Positions 50,854 to 61,299 of a stretch of DNA of 61,881 nucleotides are shown piece after piece. The number at the start of each line of letters is the position of its first letter. The stretch's first letter is position 1. The notes beneath the pieces were generated by a model that saw only the letters and a list, made by a program, of their open reading frames with translations, made no database searches and was not told where the DNA came from. The position numbers and the translations under genes were made by a program. This DNA is from a candidate division TM6 bacterium GW2011_GWF2_38_10 (lineage in GTDB: Bacteria > Babelota > Babeliae > Babelales > RVW-14). The stretch spans positions 889-62,769 of the forward strand of contig LBTY01000008.1 of assembly GCA_000992305.1 (NCBI GenBank). Direction: 5' to 3'.

Positions 50854-53571
50854 ATGAAAAAAACATGGTTATTTATACTTTTTTACACATATGCCTTGGC
50901 AACACTAATTATGCTTCCACTCGAAGCAACACTTGTTCCCGTACCTCAACCAGCGTTCACATTAGAAAACGAACGTATTACAATTGCTGAAGATTTTTAC
51001 ATCAAAGCACTTACACCACAAAAAGAATCACTCCTTTCACACCTCCATAAACACTTTCAAGAAAAACCAGGCAGATATATTCATGGCATTTTCAACCCCC
51101 AACAATTAGCAACTTATATTCCATGGAGCGATAAAGACGAAAACTTTGCTCGTAATATTAACAACCTCATTTCATTTGTTGTCACAAGTGATAATAAAGC
51201 AATAGCCACCATTTTAGCTAAAAAAAATGACCATCATGTGTTCAATATTCCTTTTTCATTTGACAAAACTATAGGAATAGTCAAAAAAAAGAATGAACAG
51301 CAGATTGATACCGATACAATCATTATTGTATTAACTCATTCGGTAAAAAATAATAAACAGTTAAAAATAAAAACCATATATCCCATTGAAAAAAAATCAA
51401 GCTACAATGATACCACGCATCTACCACTTAAAATTAAAAAACATAATAATGAAGAACTGATAAGCTATGTAAACAAAACCTTAAACAAAGAAGACTCCTC
51501 ATTTAATAAGGATTTGGAAAAATTTGAAAAAACAATTCATAATCTTGAAACTAAACTAAAAAACTCATATCTCAATCAAAAAACTGAAGATTTTTTTAAA
51601 AGCTACCAAGATTTCCTTGCAAGCCTTGCAAACTCCCAACATCACATACTTCAAATTCAAAACGAAATAACAACCATTGCGAATGACCCTCAATTTAATA
51701 AAAATATGAGCAAGCTCATGGCTAAAACATCCAATGAAGAGGCAAAATATCGACAAAAATGCTCAAGGCTAAAAAAAAGATTAAAAGAAGAAACTAAAAA
51801 CCTTACCGAAACGCGTGGTTCAAGCACACACTATCTTAAAGAAAATATTCAACAAACCCAAGAAAAAATAGATTCACTTAAAAACCTCTACTCAACACAG
51901 TTATTTATACCACAAGCAGAACAAGCAAAAATAATACTCAATGGCATTATGTCGCGATTTAATGTTTTACAAATACAACTTGAAGACATCAATAAAGATG
52001 AAAATCACAAAATTCTTGATACAAAACCACATGTACCCTCTTTCATCACAGCAAAAATACCTATTTGGGCAAAGCTTTATGCAATAGAAAAAACAGATAA
52101 CTACCAAGCGCTCAGAAACATAATCATAGAACAAGAAGAGCTCACAAATCCCCATATAGGTGCAGCAAAAATAGCAGAACTGTATGACAACGCAATGCAA
52201 GCAATTTGCGAACTAACAACCGATAAAAAAATACAAAACCAAATGGTAAAAACATTAATAGAAGATCTATCAATAACGCAAACAATGCTTTTTTGCCGCA
52301 ACATAACTAAACAAATAACAGCTCCTCTATTTAAAAGTCTATCATCCCTTTTTCTCAACTTTTATTCGATGGGATTAGCATTATTCACAAAACAAAAACA
52401 TATACTCAAATTTATCAAAAAAATAGGAGGCGACCCTGTAGTAAGTCATTTTTGCTTTTTAACTACATATTTCAGCAAAGATCATACAGAAGAAGATATT
52501 TATAACCAAAGCCCAACCTTTACATTCTTTACTCCTTTTATTAATGAAAGTATAACCTCTCTCAAAAATCTAAATCTTCCAGGCAATAAAATAAATAAAT
52601 GGGCCATTTATGAATTTTTACACACCATTGCTTTCAACTCATTCGTTGATGAAAAGTTTCATAATTCAGCACTCAAAATAATATATGAAAACAAACAGCA
52701 ATTTATTGAAAAAATTCAAAAAGTTCAAGATCTGTATGAAAATATAAAAAAAGAACACTCGTTACAATCTTATAAATCTTTATTATCAACCACGCTCAAC
52801 CTTCTCAATATTCGCAAAGCTTTTTTACCTATAGGATCAGATGCGTTTAATTATATTATTGGAAATTTAATCCCCAAAAAGGAAAAACTTAACGACATAG
52901 AAACAATATTTTTAACATTTACCCAAACCATCACTCCAGAAGAAAAAATAAAATTTCACAGCATGCTACCAAGCCCCCAAAAACAAGAGCAAATGCTACA
53001 AGAACAACAAACAATACTAGCTAATCTAGACTTTACTATTACATTACTACGCGAACAAAAATGTACCGAGGGTTGTTTTTTTGCAGGCTTTTGTAAAAAA
53101 ATATTTGAATATTCCCCATCAACCAAAATAGCCACCGAAATCATTATAGAATTATTGAAAATAAACGGACAAAAAACAGACCCCGCAACAACTCATGCTT
53201 TAAAACTCATAAGACAACTCTCCCATAATCAACATGAATCATCGGCCAAGCACATATGGAATATCATGCAAAAAAAATCGAATCCCTCACCAACAATAAC
53301 ACCTCTATGCTCACGAATCATCTCCTTTTTACAAACAACAATAACAACGCTTGCTTCACTAAAAGATGAAAAAACCGCACCTTTTATTACTATTAACGCA
53401 GAATCTATCATATGGGAGCTTTTTAATAAAAATATTAAAAAAGACAAAACATATATAAACAAGCAACATTTTGACGCAACAATAACGAGCATTCCAGATA
53501 CAATAAAAAAAACAATTATGAGAAAAATTATGGAATCAAGAAGTACACCAATTAATGAGACTTTTGATTAA
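50854..53571 (+). CDS. Large exported hypothetical protein with coiled-coil region
   Basis: Likely start MKKTWLFILF (signal peptide); very A-rich, Lys/Ile/Asn-rich open frame. Confidence 0.75.
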   Translation: MKKTWLFILFYTYALATLIMLPLEATLVPVPQPAFTLENERITIAEDFYIKALTPQKESLLSHLHKHFQEKPGRYIHGIFNPQQLATYIPWSDKDENFARNINNLISFVVTSDNKAIATILAKKNDHHVFNIPFSFDKTIGIVKKKNEQQIDTDTIIIVLTHSVKNNKQLKIKTIYPIEKKSSYNDTTHLPLKIKKHNNEELISYVNKTLNKEDSSFNKDLEKFEKTIHNLETKLKNSYLNQKTEDFFKSYQDFLASLANSQHHILQIQNEITTIANDPQFNKNMSKLMAKTSNEEAKYRQKCSRLKKRLKEETKNLTETRGSSTHYLKENIQQTQEKIDSLKNLYSTQLFIPQAEQAKIILNGIMSRFNVLQIQLEDINKDENHKILDTKPHVPSFITAKIPIWAKLYAIEKTDNYQALRNIIIEQEELTNPHIGAAKIAELYDNAMQAICELTTDKKIQNQMVKTLIEDLSITQTMLFCRNITKQITAPLFKSLSSLFLNFYSMGLALFTKQKHILKFIKKIGGDPVVSHFCFLTTYFSKDHTEEDIYNQSPTFTFFTPFINESITSLKNLNLPGNKINKWAIYEFLHTIAFNSFVDEKFHNSALKIIYENKQQFIEKIQKVQDLYENIKKEHSLQSYKSLLSTTLNLLNIRKAFLPIGSDAFNYIIGNLIPKKEKLNDIETIFLTFTQTITPEEKIKFHSMLPSPQKQEQMLQEQQTILANLDFTITLLREQKCTEGCFFAGFCKKIFEYSPSTKIATEIIIELLKINGQKTDPATTHALKLIRQLSHNQHESSAKHIWNIMQKKSNPSPTITPLCSRIISFLQTTITTLASLKDEKTAPFITINAESIIWELFNKNIKKDKTYINKQHFDATITSIPDTIKKTIMRKIMESRSTPINETFD

Positions 53572-53604
53572 TCGCACACATATTGTATCCTGAAAAAAAG
53601 TCTA

Positions 53605-54276
53605 TTAAATAGCACGGCACGCAACAACAACCGTTATACTTGCCGGATTATAACACGCAAGTACCTGGGCAGCGGCCTTGACCGTTGCTCCCGTTGTGTA
53701 TAAGTCATCAACAAGTACAATATGTTTACCGGCAAGATAATGCTCAGCTAAATGGCGATACTTGGGCACAAGAACAAATGCACCTTCAAGATTTTTTTGT
53801 CGATCAGATTTAGAAAGCGTCGACTGATAAAGTGTTTTTTTAGTGCGACGCAACAATGAAATCACTGGTGCTTTCATGACCGGCGCAATGGTTTTTGCAC
53901 TATACCACGTTTGATTATATCCTCGGCGTGCATACCGAGTCCAATGCAATGGAATCGGTATAATAAGATCACATGAAATTGATTGCAAAGGAAGCAGTGC
54001 AATCATACACGTCCCAAGCTGCTTACTTGCCAGAATATCCCCTTTAAGTTTTTGTAAAACAAGACACCGCAACGGGCCTTCATAGGCACCCGCAGCATAA
54101 ACGGTCACCATCCTTTTTTGCGAAAGAGCAAACATAACCGTAACAACCGGCTTGATTGTCGCAAAACATGCATCACAAAAAACATCCTCCCGCAAAACCA
54201 AACATCCACATGATCGACATGCGGGAGGAAAAAATCCTTGTAAAAAAAAGGAGAACAGCCCCACCTTATCCCTCAA
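53605..54276 (-). CDS. comF: ComF family phosphoribosyltransferase-like protein
   Basis: CxxC...CxxC, PIPLH, RGYNQ and LVDDLYTTGAT motifs. Confidence 0.92.
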   Translation of the reverse strand: MRDKVGLFSFFLQGFFPPACRSCGCLVLREDVFCDACFATIKPVVTVMFALSQKRMVTVYAAGAYEGPLRCLVLQKLKGDILASKQLGTCMIALLPLQSISCDLIIPIPLHWTRYARRGYNQTWYSAKTIAPVMKAPVISLLRRTKKTLYQSTLSKSDRQKNLEGAFVLVPKYRHLAEHYLAGKHIVLVDDLYTTGATVKAAAQVLACYNPASITVVVACRAI

Positions 54277-54724
54277 AAAATAATGCTCGAACCATTAAGC
54301 CCGAAACACCAATAACAATAAAAATATCAGCGACATTAAAAGTCGGCCAGTACCAAGAACCAAGGTGAAGCTGAATAAAATCAATAACAGCCCCGTACAA
54401 AAATCGATCAACACTATTTGAGATTGCTCCACTCAAAACACAGATTTCAAATACAATAAAGGCCCGCTGACAATAGTAACGATAGTAGAACGTATACACC
54501 GCAAAAAACAGCGTAACAAGAACAATAAACCCTAATAAAATATAAAAACCAACCTCAGCCGTATCATCAAAAAGCCCCCACGTAACCCCACGATTCCACA
54601 AGAGAGAAAAATTCATGCACGAGCAGAGAGTTGTATCAACGCTGGTGGTCATCGCCCACCACTTGGTAACACGATCAATACCTATGCCACCAACAAGCAG
54701 CATAACATACCACAATATATTCAT
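54266..54724 (-). CDS. lspA: Lipoprotein signal peptidase II
   Basis: DRVTK, NRGVTWG, GAISNSVDR, VIDFI and FNVAD motifs. Confidence 0.95.
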   Translation of the reverse strand: MNILWYVMLLVGGIGIDRVTKWWAMTTSVDTTLCSCMNFSLLWNRGVTWGLFDDTAEVGFYILLGFIVLVTLFFAVYTFYYRYYCQRAFIVFEICVLSGAISNSVDRFLYGAVIDFIQLHLGSWYWPTFNVADIFIVIGVSGLMVRALFFEG

Positions 54725-54726
54725 GG

Positions 54727-57090
54727 CTAAGCTCCTGCTCGCAATTGCGCCCCAAGCGATGACACAGCATCAACAACCCGCTGCCATACAGCATCTATCT
54801 CTTCTTTTCCCATCGTCTTTTCAACACTAGAAAGCCAACAGCGCATGGTCACAGAACGTCGATCAGCCCAGGCTTTGTTTTCAAAAAAATCAACCAACTC
54901 AACGCGTTTCAATAATGGACTTACTGCAGCAGCGGCCTGTTCAAGACAAGCAAAGGTTAATGACAATGGAATCATAAGACTCACATCAAAATAAGTATCC
55001 TGAAACCGAGAAATTGGTGTATACCGCTTTGGGGCGTCTGAAAGCGTTAACAAAAGATCAAGATCTAATTCAAATACAAATGCCGTGCTTTCGGGTAGTG
55101 CATCAATTTTAGCAAGCATTGCCTGATCCATCATGCCGGCATAACCAATTATATGATCTTGATATTGACAAACAGCTGTTTGAAAACCTAAATACCAAGG
55201 GGAAATATTCTCAGATGCTTTATGCCATGATAATGCAGATCCATCTAATCCAATATCATCAAACAACCTCAACAGCTGATCTTTAACGTGATAAAAATCA
55301 ACGGTAGCACGACGTTCAAACACGATACCCGCAAGTTGCTTGCGCTCTTGTGCTGAACTTTGCGTTGGAATCCATATACGACCACACTCAAAAAAGGCCA
55401 ATGACTCACGCTCCATCTGATTATCATACATATTTTTTAATAACCCAGGAACCAACGACGTAGCAAGACGAGCATAATTTTCTGACACAGGATTTAAAAC
55501 GGCAAGCGCATGCAACTCGGTTAATCCAAGACGTTGCAAAAAAGATTCATCAAAAAAAGCATAATTTAACTGTTCCATCATGCGCGCGCCCGAGGCTAAA
55601 AAATGCTTAATCTTTCGCTCACGCATCACCGCCTGCATTGCATACGGTTCGCGCGTAATAACCGGTAATTCATGAGGAATGCGAACAAAGCCATAACAAC
55701 GAGCAACTTCCTCTAAAATATCCTCTTGAATACGAATGTCCTTACTTGCACGAAACGATGGAATCTCAACATGATACACAACCCCATCTTGAGTATTTTC
55801 TTGACGCACAATACTAAAACCAAGACGCTCAAGCGGCTCAACCACATCTCGCGTTGCTAACGTCACACCAATACGCTGCTCCAAGAAACGATGACTTATT
55901 TCGATTGCACCTACCGCTTTTTCATAACTTCCCACAAGCGCAAGCGCCTGCGCAGGAATGTGGACAATTCCCGTTTTTTCTAACAAAAACAAAAATCTAA
56001 ACACCGCAGTCGCCGCCCCTTCAGGATCGAGTGACTTTTCAAAACGTGCCGATGATTCGGTACGCACTTTATGCCGTAATGCTGCACGGCGAACCGTAGC
56101 CGCATCAAAGTGCGCTGCCTCAATAAACGCAGCCGTACTTGCCAACGTAACACCGGAATGGGCTCCACCCATAACCCCAGCCAAACACATAGGAACATGT
56201 GCGTTGGCAACAACCAAATCTTGATCAGTAAGCGTAAGTTCTTGCCCGTCCAATAACAACAACTTTTCACCTGCGTGCGCAAAGCGCACCACAACCTCAT
56301 TCCCCTTGATGTGCGCCGCATCATACACATGCATCGGCTGCCCAAAGTCAGCCGCAACATAATTAGAAATATCTACCAGCGCATTAATCGGACGATTACC
56401 AATAGCAATAAGTCGACTTGCAATCAATACATCGCACGGCTTATTACACACCGAAGTAAGCGCAAGACCTGCAAATTTTTTACTTGCATCACCAGCCAAT
56501 GATCTTAATCCAATAGGAAAGGCTTCAGAAGACGCAACAGAATGAGCATCGCTTTTTACTGCATGTTGTCTTAAAAACAACGATTCGTCTTTTAGGGGTA
56601 ATCCCAAAAATGCTGCAATTTCTCGCGCAAACCCACGATGCCCCCACATATCAGGGCGATGATTCAGCGTTTTATTATCAACATCAAAAATAACATCATC
56701 TGCATGAAAAAGAGCCTTCCAGCCATCAACAAGATCAGCATCGCCAACCGATAACGCAGGCATTAAGCCTTCCTTGTCCAATCCAAAATCTTTAAGCGTT
56801 GCCCACACATAACCATGTTCTGTCTTTTTTACCATGTAAGCAGCACCCACATATGCATCATTTCGCACACTCACAATAAGTTCTTGACCAAGCGCCGGGG
56901 CAAAAAATCTTGTCACACCACGTTCTGACATTGCTTGTACTAAAAAGTAAGGAGCTAGATCGTAATGTATTTTTTCAACATGTTCAATTTCAGCAACGAT
57001 TGCGTTAAACTTTTGAACAATAACCTCAACATCCTGTTGCTTCCAGCACGCATCAATATGATCAAAAATCCATGCAAGTGATAACTTCAT
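54727..57090 (-). CDS. pheT: Phenylalanine--tRNA ligase beta subunit
   Basis: HRPD, GQPMHVYD, LAGVMGG, SSARFEK and EDILEEVAR motifs. Confidence 0.95.
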   Translation of the reverse strand: MKLSLAWIFDHIDACWKQQDVEVIVQKFNAIVAEIEHVEKIHYDLAPYFLVQAMSERGVTRFFAPALGQELIVSVRNDAYVGAAYMVKKTEHGYVWATLKDFGLDKEGLMPALSVGDADLVDGWKALFHADDVIFDVDNKTLNHRPDMWGHRGFAREIAAFLGLPLKDESLFLRQHAVKSDAHSVASSEAFPIGLRSLAGDASKKFAGLALTSVCNKPCDVLIASRLIAIGNRPINALVDISNYVAADFGQPMHVYDAAHIKGNEVVVRFAHAGEKLLLLDGQELTLTDQDLVVANAHVPMCLAGVMGGAHSGVTLASTAAFIEAAHFDAATVRRAALRHKVRTESSARFEKSLDPEGAATAVFRFLFLLEKTGIVHIPAQALALVGSYEKAVGAIEISHRFLEQRIGVTLATRDVVEPLERLGFSIVRQENTQDGVVYHVEIPSFRASKDIRIQEDILEEVARCYGFVRIPHELPVITREPYAMQAVMRERKIKHFLASGARMMEQLNYAFFDESFLQRLGLTELHALAVLNPVSENYARLATSLVPGLLKNMYDNQMERESLAFFECGRIWIPTQSSAQERKQLAGIVFERRATVDFYHVKDQLLRLFDDIGLDGSALSWHKASENISPWYLGFQTAVCQYQDHIIGYAGMMDQAMLAKIDALPESTAFVFELDLDLLLTLSDAPKRYTPISRFQDTYFDVSLMIPLSLTFACLEQAAAAVSPLLKRVELVDFFENKAWADRRSVTMRCWLSSVEKTMGKEEIDAVWQRVVDAVSSLGAQLRAGA

Positions 57091-57237
57091 CGATAATCCT
57101 CAAGGTATTAACAGAGCATTGCACTCAGTACTCACGTCACAATAACAAACTCAACCGATCACAACATACGCATAGCATCTTATGATCGATCATGAAAAGT
57201 GTTCACTATGTCTTATGCATCAACACAAGATGTACTA

Positions 57238-58182
57238 TTATAACGGAATTCCAATTTTTTTAAGAAATTTTTCTACTTTATGTTTATAAGATTCAGAATA
57301 GCCCGAATGAAGCCATCCATGACGGCATTGAGGACCTATCCACAGTTTGGTATGCGGCGCATGGGTATGTTCGTACAAACGCATACTATGAGAAGGCTTG
57401 ATGAAACTATCATTGCACGAATGAATGAACAAAACTGGAATAATAATCGCTTCCGCTGCTTTTTGATTATCCATTGTATCAATACTGCAAGAAGCAAAAT
57501 ATTCCAACATCGCCTTTGTGACATATAAAAAAGGAAACATTGGCAAACCTACTTTGAGACTAAATCCACGACGAATCATCTTATTAAGGTTAGAAAATGA
57601 TGAATCAATAATAAGTGCATCACAAAATCGACGCTCAACCGAAGCCGCCTTAACGGCAGAAGCACCCCCCATAGAAATGCCAAGGACAACTAATGGCAAT
57701 ACATGTCCATCATCACCGCGAACCTCATTTTTCATATACTCAGCCGATGCTAGAACATCTTTGTACTCATGACATCCAATAGTAATAATTTCACCATCGC
57801 TTTCCCCATGTGCACGAAAATCAAACATTATAATATTGCATTGAGGAAACATTTCAATGTAGGCATACATAAACTCTTTGGTATTACGATACCCATGACA
57901 CAACAATAAATTGGCTTTGGCATTCTTTCGTTTAACAAGATACGCAGAAAGGCGAAGGCCATCTCTCGAGGGATACGAAATTTTTTCAATATCAGTGCGT
58001 TTAAATAACTCATCGCTAATCATCTTAGCAATTTCAGACTGGCGTCCCTCATAGAGCATTGGATCGGAAACAAATGTTAATTGCGATAAAATATAATATG
58101 ATACCCCCAAAACCGCCGCAGAAATAACCAAAAAAGTTATAGCTAGAATAACCAAGAGCTTACGCCGTTTGATGTTCATCAC
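57238..58182 (-). CDS. Membrane-anchored alpha/beta hydrolase
   Basis: HGY, DFRAHGES, GISMG nucleophile elbow, downstream Asp and His. Confidence 0.9.
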   Translation of the reverse strand: MMNIKRRKLLVILAITFLVISAAVLGVSYYILSQLTFVSDPMLYEGRQSEIAKMISDELFKRTDIEKISYPSRDGLRLSAYLVKRKNAKANLLLCHGYRNTKEFMYAYIEMFPQCNIIMFDFRAHGESDGEIITIGCHEYKDVLASAEYMKNEVRGDDGHVLPLVVLGISMGGASAVKAASVERRFCDALIIDSSFSNLNKMIRRGFSLKVGLPMFPFLYVTKAMLEYFASCSIDTMDNQKAAEAIIIPVLFIHSCNDSFIKPSHSMRLYEHTHAPHTKLWIGPQCRHGWLHSGYSESYKHKVEKFLKKIGIPL

Positions 58183-58532
58183 AATAAAAACCCACCATCA
58201 GTTATAGATTTACCCGAAAGAAAATGCATGTGTAAATGAAAAACACTTTGTCCTGCGTCAGCACCATTATTCATAACTAAATTAAATCCACGCCCCTGGC
58301 ATAAATCCTTACTTATATCACGAGCCATTTGAAGCATATACCACGCATACTCAGCATGAACATCTTCCATGGTAGCAACATTAATGATATGGATTTTAGG
58401 AATTAAAAGAAGATGAACTGGCGCCTTGGGCGACCTATCCTTGATAGCTACAACATGGTCATTTTCTTTTACGACTTGGGCCGGAATATGCCCTTGAATT
58501 ATTTTACAAAAAACACACGAAGAATCAAACAT
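58179..58532 (-). CDS. HIT family protein
   Basis: CVFCKI and QSVFHLHMH motifs; start re-called at MFDSS because the longer ORF runs through a tRNA. Confidence 0.93.
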   Translation of the reverse strand: MFDSSCVFCKIIQGHIPAQVVKENDHVVAIKDRSPKAPVHLLLIPKIHIINVATMEDVHAEYAWYMLQMARDISKDLCQGRGFNLVMNNGADAGQSVFHLHMHFLSGKSITDGGFLL

Positions 58533-58553
58533 TGAAACCTCATCTAGAAAAAT

Positions 58554-58640
58554 TGGTGCCGAAGGTCGGATTCGAACCGACACAGTATCGCTACCGCGGG
58601 ATTTTGAGTCCCGTGCGTCTACCAGTTTCGCCACTTCGGC
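58554..58640 (-). tRNA. tRNA-Leu(CAA)
   Basis: Anticodon arm CGGGA-CTCAAAA-TCCCG, long variable arm, GTTCGAA and CCA. Confidence 0.95.
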
Positions 58641-58851
58641 AAAGCTTTATATGCTTGCAACCTTATGTTACCAAAAGAGGAAACCGCGTCAAGAAAAGTT
58701 TATCATTTTTTTATTTTTTTTGTCCCTTTTCAACTCAAATAAAAAAAATGCAAAAAAATGATAAAAACCATAACAAAAAGTTTGACAAAGTTTGGTTTTA
58801 CTTATAAATTTTAACCATCAATTGAAATTCAGGTCACCAAATAAAAAGTGT

Positions 58852-58926
58852 GCGGGAATAGCTCAGTGGTAGAGCATTGCCTTGCCAAGGCAAGGGTCGC
58901 GGGTTCGAATCCCGTTTCCCGCTCCA
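58852..58926 (+). tRNA. tRNA-Gly(GCC)
   Basis: GCGGGAATAGCTCAGTGGTAGAGC..., anticodon loop TTGCCAA, GTTCGAA and CCA. Confidence 0.97.
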
Positions 58927-59106
58927 TTTCTATAAAAATATGGCGAAACAGACAATTATTTGCAGCTGTACCCAAAATTTGCTAGTTTTATTTCACGTAG
59001 AGTAAGCACCCGGCGCCTTGCGTTACCGGTTTTTCGTTGAATTTAAGGCGTTGAGACAAGCCATGTGCTTACAGGATGATGCATTTATTATGAAAGGTTT
59101 TTTCTC

Positions 59107-59817
59107 ATGAAATCGATGCTACACGAAGCTTCGTCTGTTTCAAAGGCTATCGAAAAGGCATGGACCGATGCCGGCAAGCCCTCTGAATTCACCATTAAAG
59201 TACTTGAACCTGGTGAAAAAAATTTTTTAGGCATGTCAAAGCGTCCGTCAATCGTGTCGATCTCCTATGATCCAAAACGACAAACAGCTCCTGCTCAAGA
59301 TACACAAAAAAAAGACGCGCCCAAACTCCAACCGCAAAAACCTAAACAAGAGCAGCCTGCAAAATCCAGAACTCCAGAACGAAAAGAACCAGTAAGACAA
59401 CAACGCCCTGCGCAACCATTACAAGCTCAAACAGAAACAAAAAAAACTCCACAGGCGCAACCAATAAAACCTATGCAAGCACCGCAACCTAAACGCCAAC
59501 CCCAAGAACCGCAACATCAAGGTCTAGCGCAGCAAGAACCACAATCAGCAGAATCATTAGCCTGGCAAAACGAATGGGTTGAATTTGTAGGAACAGAACT
59601 TAAAGCATTACTCGCCACTTTGCAAAAACCCGTATCGTTTTCCACCAAAATTGATAAAAAAAGTTTGCTTATAACGTTTGATCAAAAACTTCACGAAGAA
59701 TCGCAAGATGAGCGTGCTATGTTTGTAAGCCTTTCGTATCTTTTAATGCAATTTCTTAAACGCACACATAAGAAAAAGTTTAGAGGATTCCAACTAACGC
59801 TCAACTCAAAAAGATAA
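59107..59817 (+). CDS. jag: Jag (KhpB/EloR)-like protein, Jag_N domain, truncated C-terminus
   Basis: AIEKA...IKVLEPGEKNFLG Jag_N motif; P/Q/K-rich linker; directly upstream of mnmE. Confidence 0.75.
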   Translation: MKSMLHEASSVSKAIEKAWTDAGKPSEFTIKVLEPGEKNFLGMSKRPSIVSISYDPKRQTAPAQDTQKKDAPKLQPQKPKQEQPAKSRTPERKEPVRQQRPAQPLQAQTETKKTPQAQPIKPMQAPQPKRQPQEPQHQGLAQQEPQSAESLAWQNEWVEFVGTELKALLATLQKPVSFSTKIDKKSLLITFDQKLHEESQDERAMFVSLSYLLMQFLKRTHKKKFRGFQLTLNSKR

Positions 59818-59832
59818 CGCACTGGCTTTGTT

Positions 59833-61257
59833 ATGAATCACCTTGCCCTACAAGCATTATCAAGCGATCAAGAACCTATAATTGCTTTATGTACGCCCCG
59901 CGGTAGTGGGGCAATTGCACTTCTTCGACTTTCAGGTTCTCATGCAATTGAAATAGCCGATGCAATGGGCAGGCTTGCGTCTGGAAAAAAATTATCTGAT
60001 TCACCATCCCACACCATTCACTTTGGATCACTTGTTAATCCTGACGGGACTACCATTGATGAAATTTTATTTCTTCTTATGAAAGGGCCGAAGACATTTA
60101 CTGGCCAAGACACTATCGAATTTACATGCCATAATAATCAATTTATCATTGAACACGTTATCGCATGTGCCTGCGCTCATGGCGCCCGACTTGCCCGCGC
60201 AGGAGAATTTAGCAAACGCTCTTTTTTAAACGGCAAACTTGATCTTATTCAAGTTGAGGCTATTAATGATATTATTCATGCACAAACCGAAGAGGCGCTG
60301 CGTCGATCGATGCAACAACTACAAGGATCGCTTTCGTACCATCTTGCCGATGTGCAAGATCAACTTCTTAAACTACTTGCTCTTACAGAGGCTAGCTTTG
60401 AATTTTTAGAAGAAGAGCAACGCGATTTTGACATGCAAGCTCATATAACAACAGCACTGGCACACCTTCACACAACACTCACAACACTGCAAGAAGAATT
60501 TGCTCACCAAAACACCTTACGCCAAGGCGTAACGGTTTGCTTAATTGGTAAAGTTAATGCAGGCAAATCGACGCTCTTTAACGCTTTGGTCAAAAAAGAA
60601 CGTGCAATTGTATCACCAATAGCAGGAACAACACGTGATAGCATCGAAACAAACTTATACAAAAACGGTATTTTTTGGACCTTTGTCGACACCGCTGGAC
60701 TTCGAACAACACATGATACTATAGAACAGCAAGGTATTGACCGTTCGCATGCTCAAGCAGAAATCAGCGACGTAGTACTCATTGTTATCGACACCAGCAC
60801 CCCATTGAGTGAACAAGAAGCTGATATTTATAAAACGCTTTTACAAAAACACGCTCACAAAGCACTTATGGTGCTCACGAAACATGATATCACTCATCCT
60901 CATTTTTCATTATCCGCACTTGAACAAACCAATTCTCAAACACTGCCGCCGCTGTATGTCTGCGCACAAACAAAAAGAGGCATTCCAGAACTCGAAGCAA
61001 TGATTGATACAAAAATACAAGCATTATTTGCTCACCTTAATGCACCTTTTTTACTCACGCAACGACAAGCGACGCTTATCAATGAAATTGAAAAAATAGT
61101 TGATTTTATTGAAAAAAAATTCATACATACCGTAGAATACGAATTAGTGGCGTACCATCTTATGCAAGCACTCGAAAAAATTGCCGAGCTTACAGGCAAA
61201 AATATCCATGAAAAAATGCTTGACGAAGTTTTTGGTGGATTTTGCGTTGGGAAATAG
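59833..61257 (+). CDS. mnmE: tRNA modification GTPase MnmE
   Basis: FTGQD, GEFSKR, GKVNAGKS, GTTRD, DTAG and terminal FCVGK. Confidence 0.97.
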   Translation: MNHLALQALSSDQEPIIALCTPRGSGAIALLRLSGSHAIEIADAMGRLASGKKLSDSPSHTIHFGSLVNPDGTTIDEILFLLMKGPKTFTGQDTIEFTCHNNQFIIEHVIACACAHGARLARAGEFSKRSFLNGKLDLIQVEAINDIIHAQTEEALRRSMQQLQGSLSYHLADVQDQLLKLLALTEASFEFLEEEQRDFDMQAHITTALAHLHTTLTTLQEEFAHQNTLRQGVTVCLIGKVNAGKSTLFNALVKKERAIVSPIAGTTRDSIETNLYKNGIFWTFVDTAGLRTTHDTIEQQGIDRSHAQAEISDVVLIVIDTSTPLSEQEADIYKTLLQKHAHKALMVLTKHDITHPHFSLSALEQTNSQTLPPLYVCAQTKRGIPELEAMIDTKIQALFAHLNAPFLLTQRQATLINEIEKIVDFIEKKFIHTVEYELVAYHLMQALEKIAELTGKNIHEKMLDEVFGGFCVGK

Positions 61258-61299
61258 CCATAAAAAAGGGGTTTAGGGTTTAAAAGGGAGATAGGTTTA

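Noticed and set aside
57091-57237. Attenuator or T-box upstream of pheT (pheS is not adjacent)
   Set aside because: No Phe-rich leader ORF, T-box motif or terminator found; only short palindromes.
58533-58634. N-terminal extension of the HIT ORF
   Set aside because: It is a translation of tRNA-Leu(CAA).
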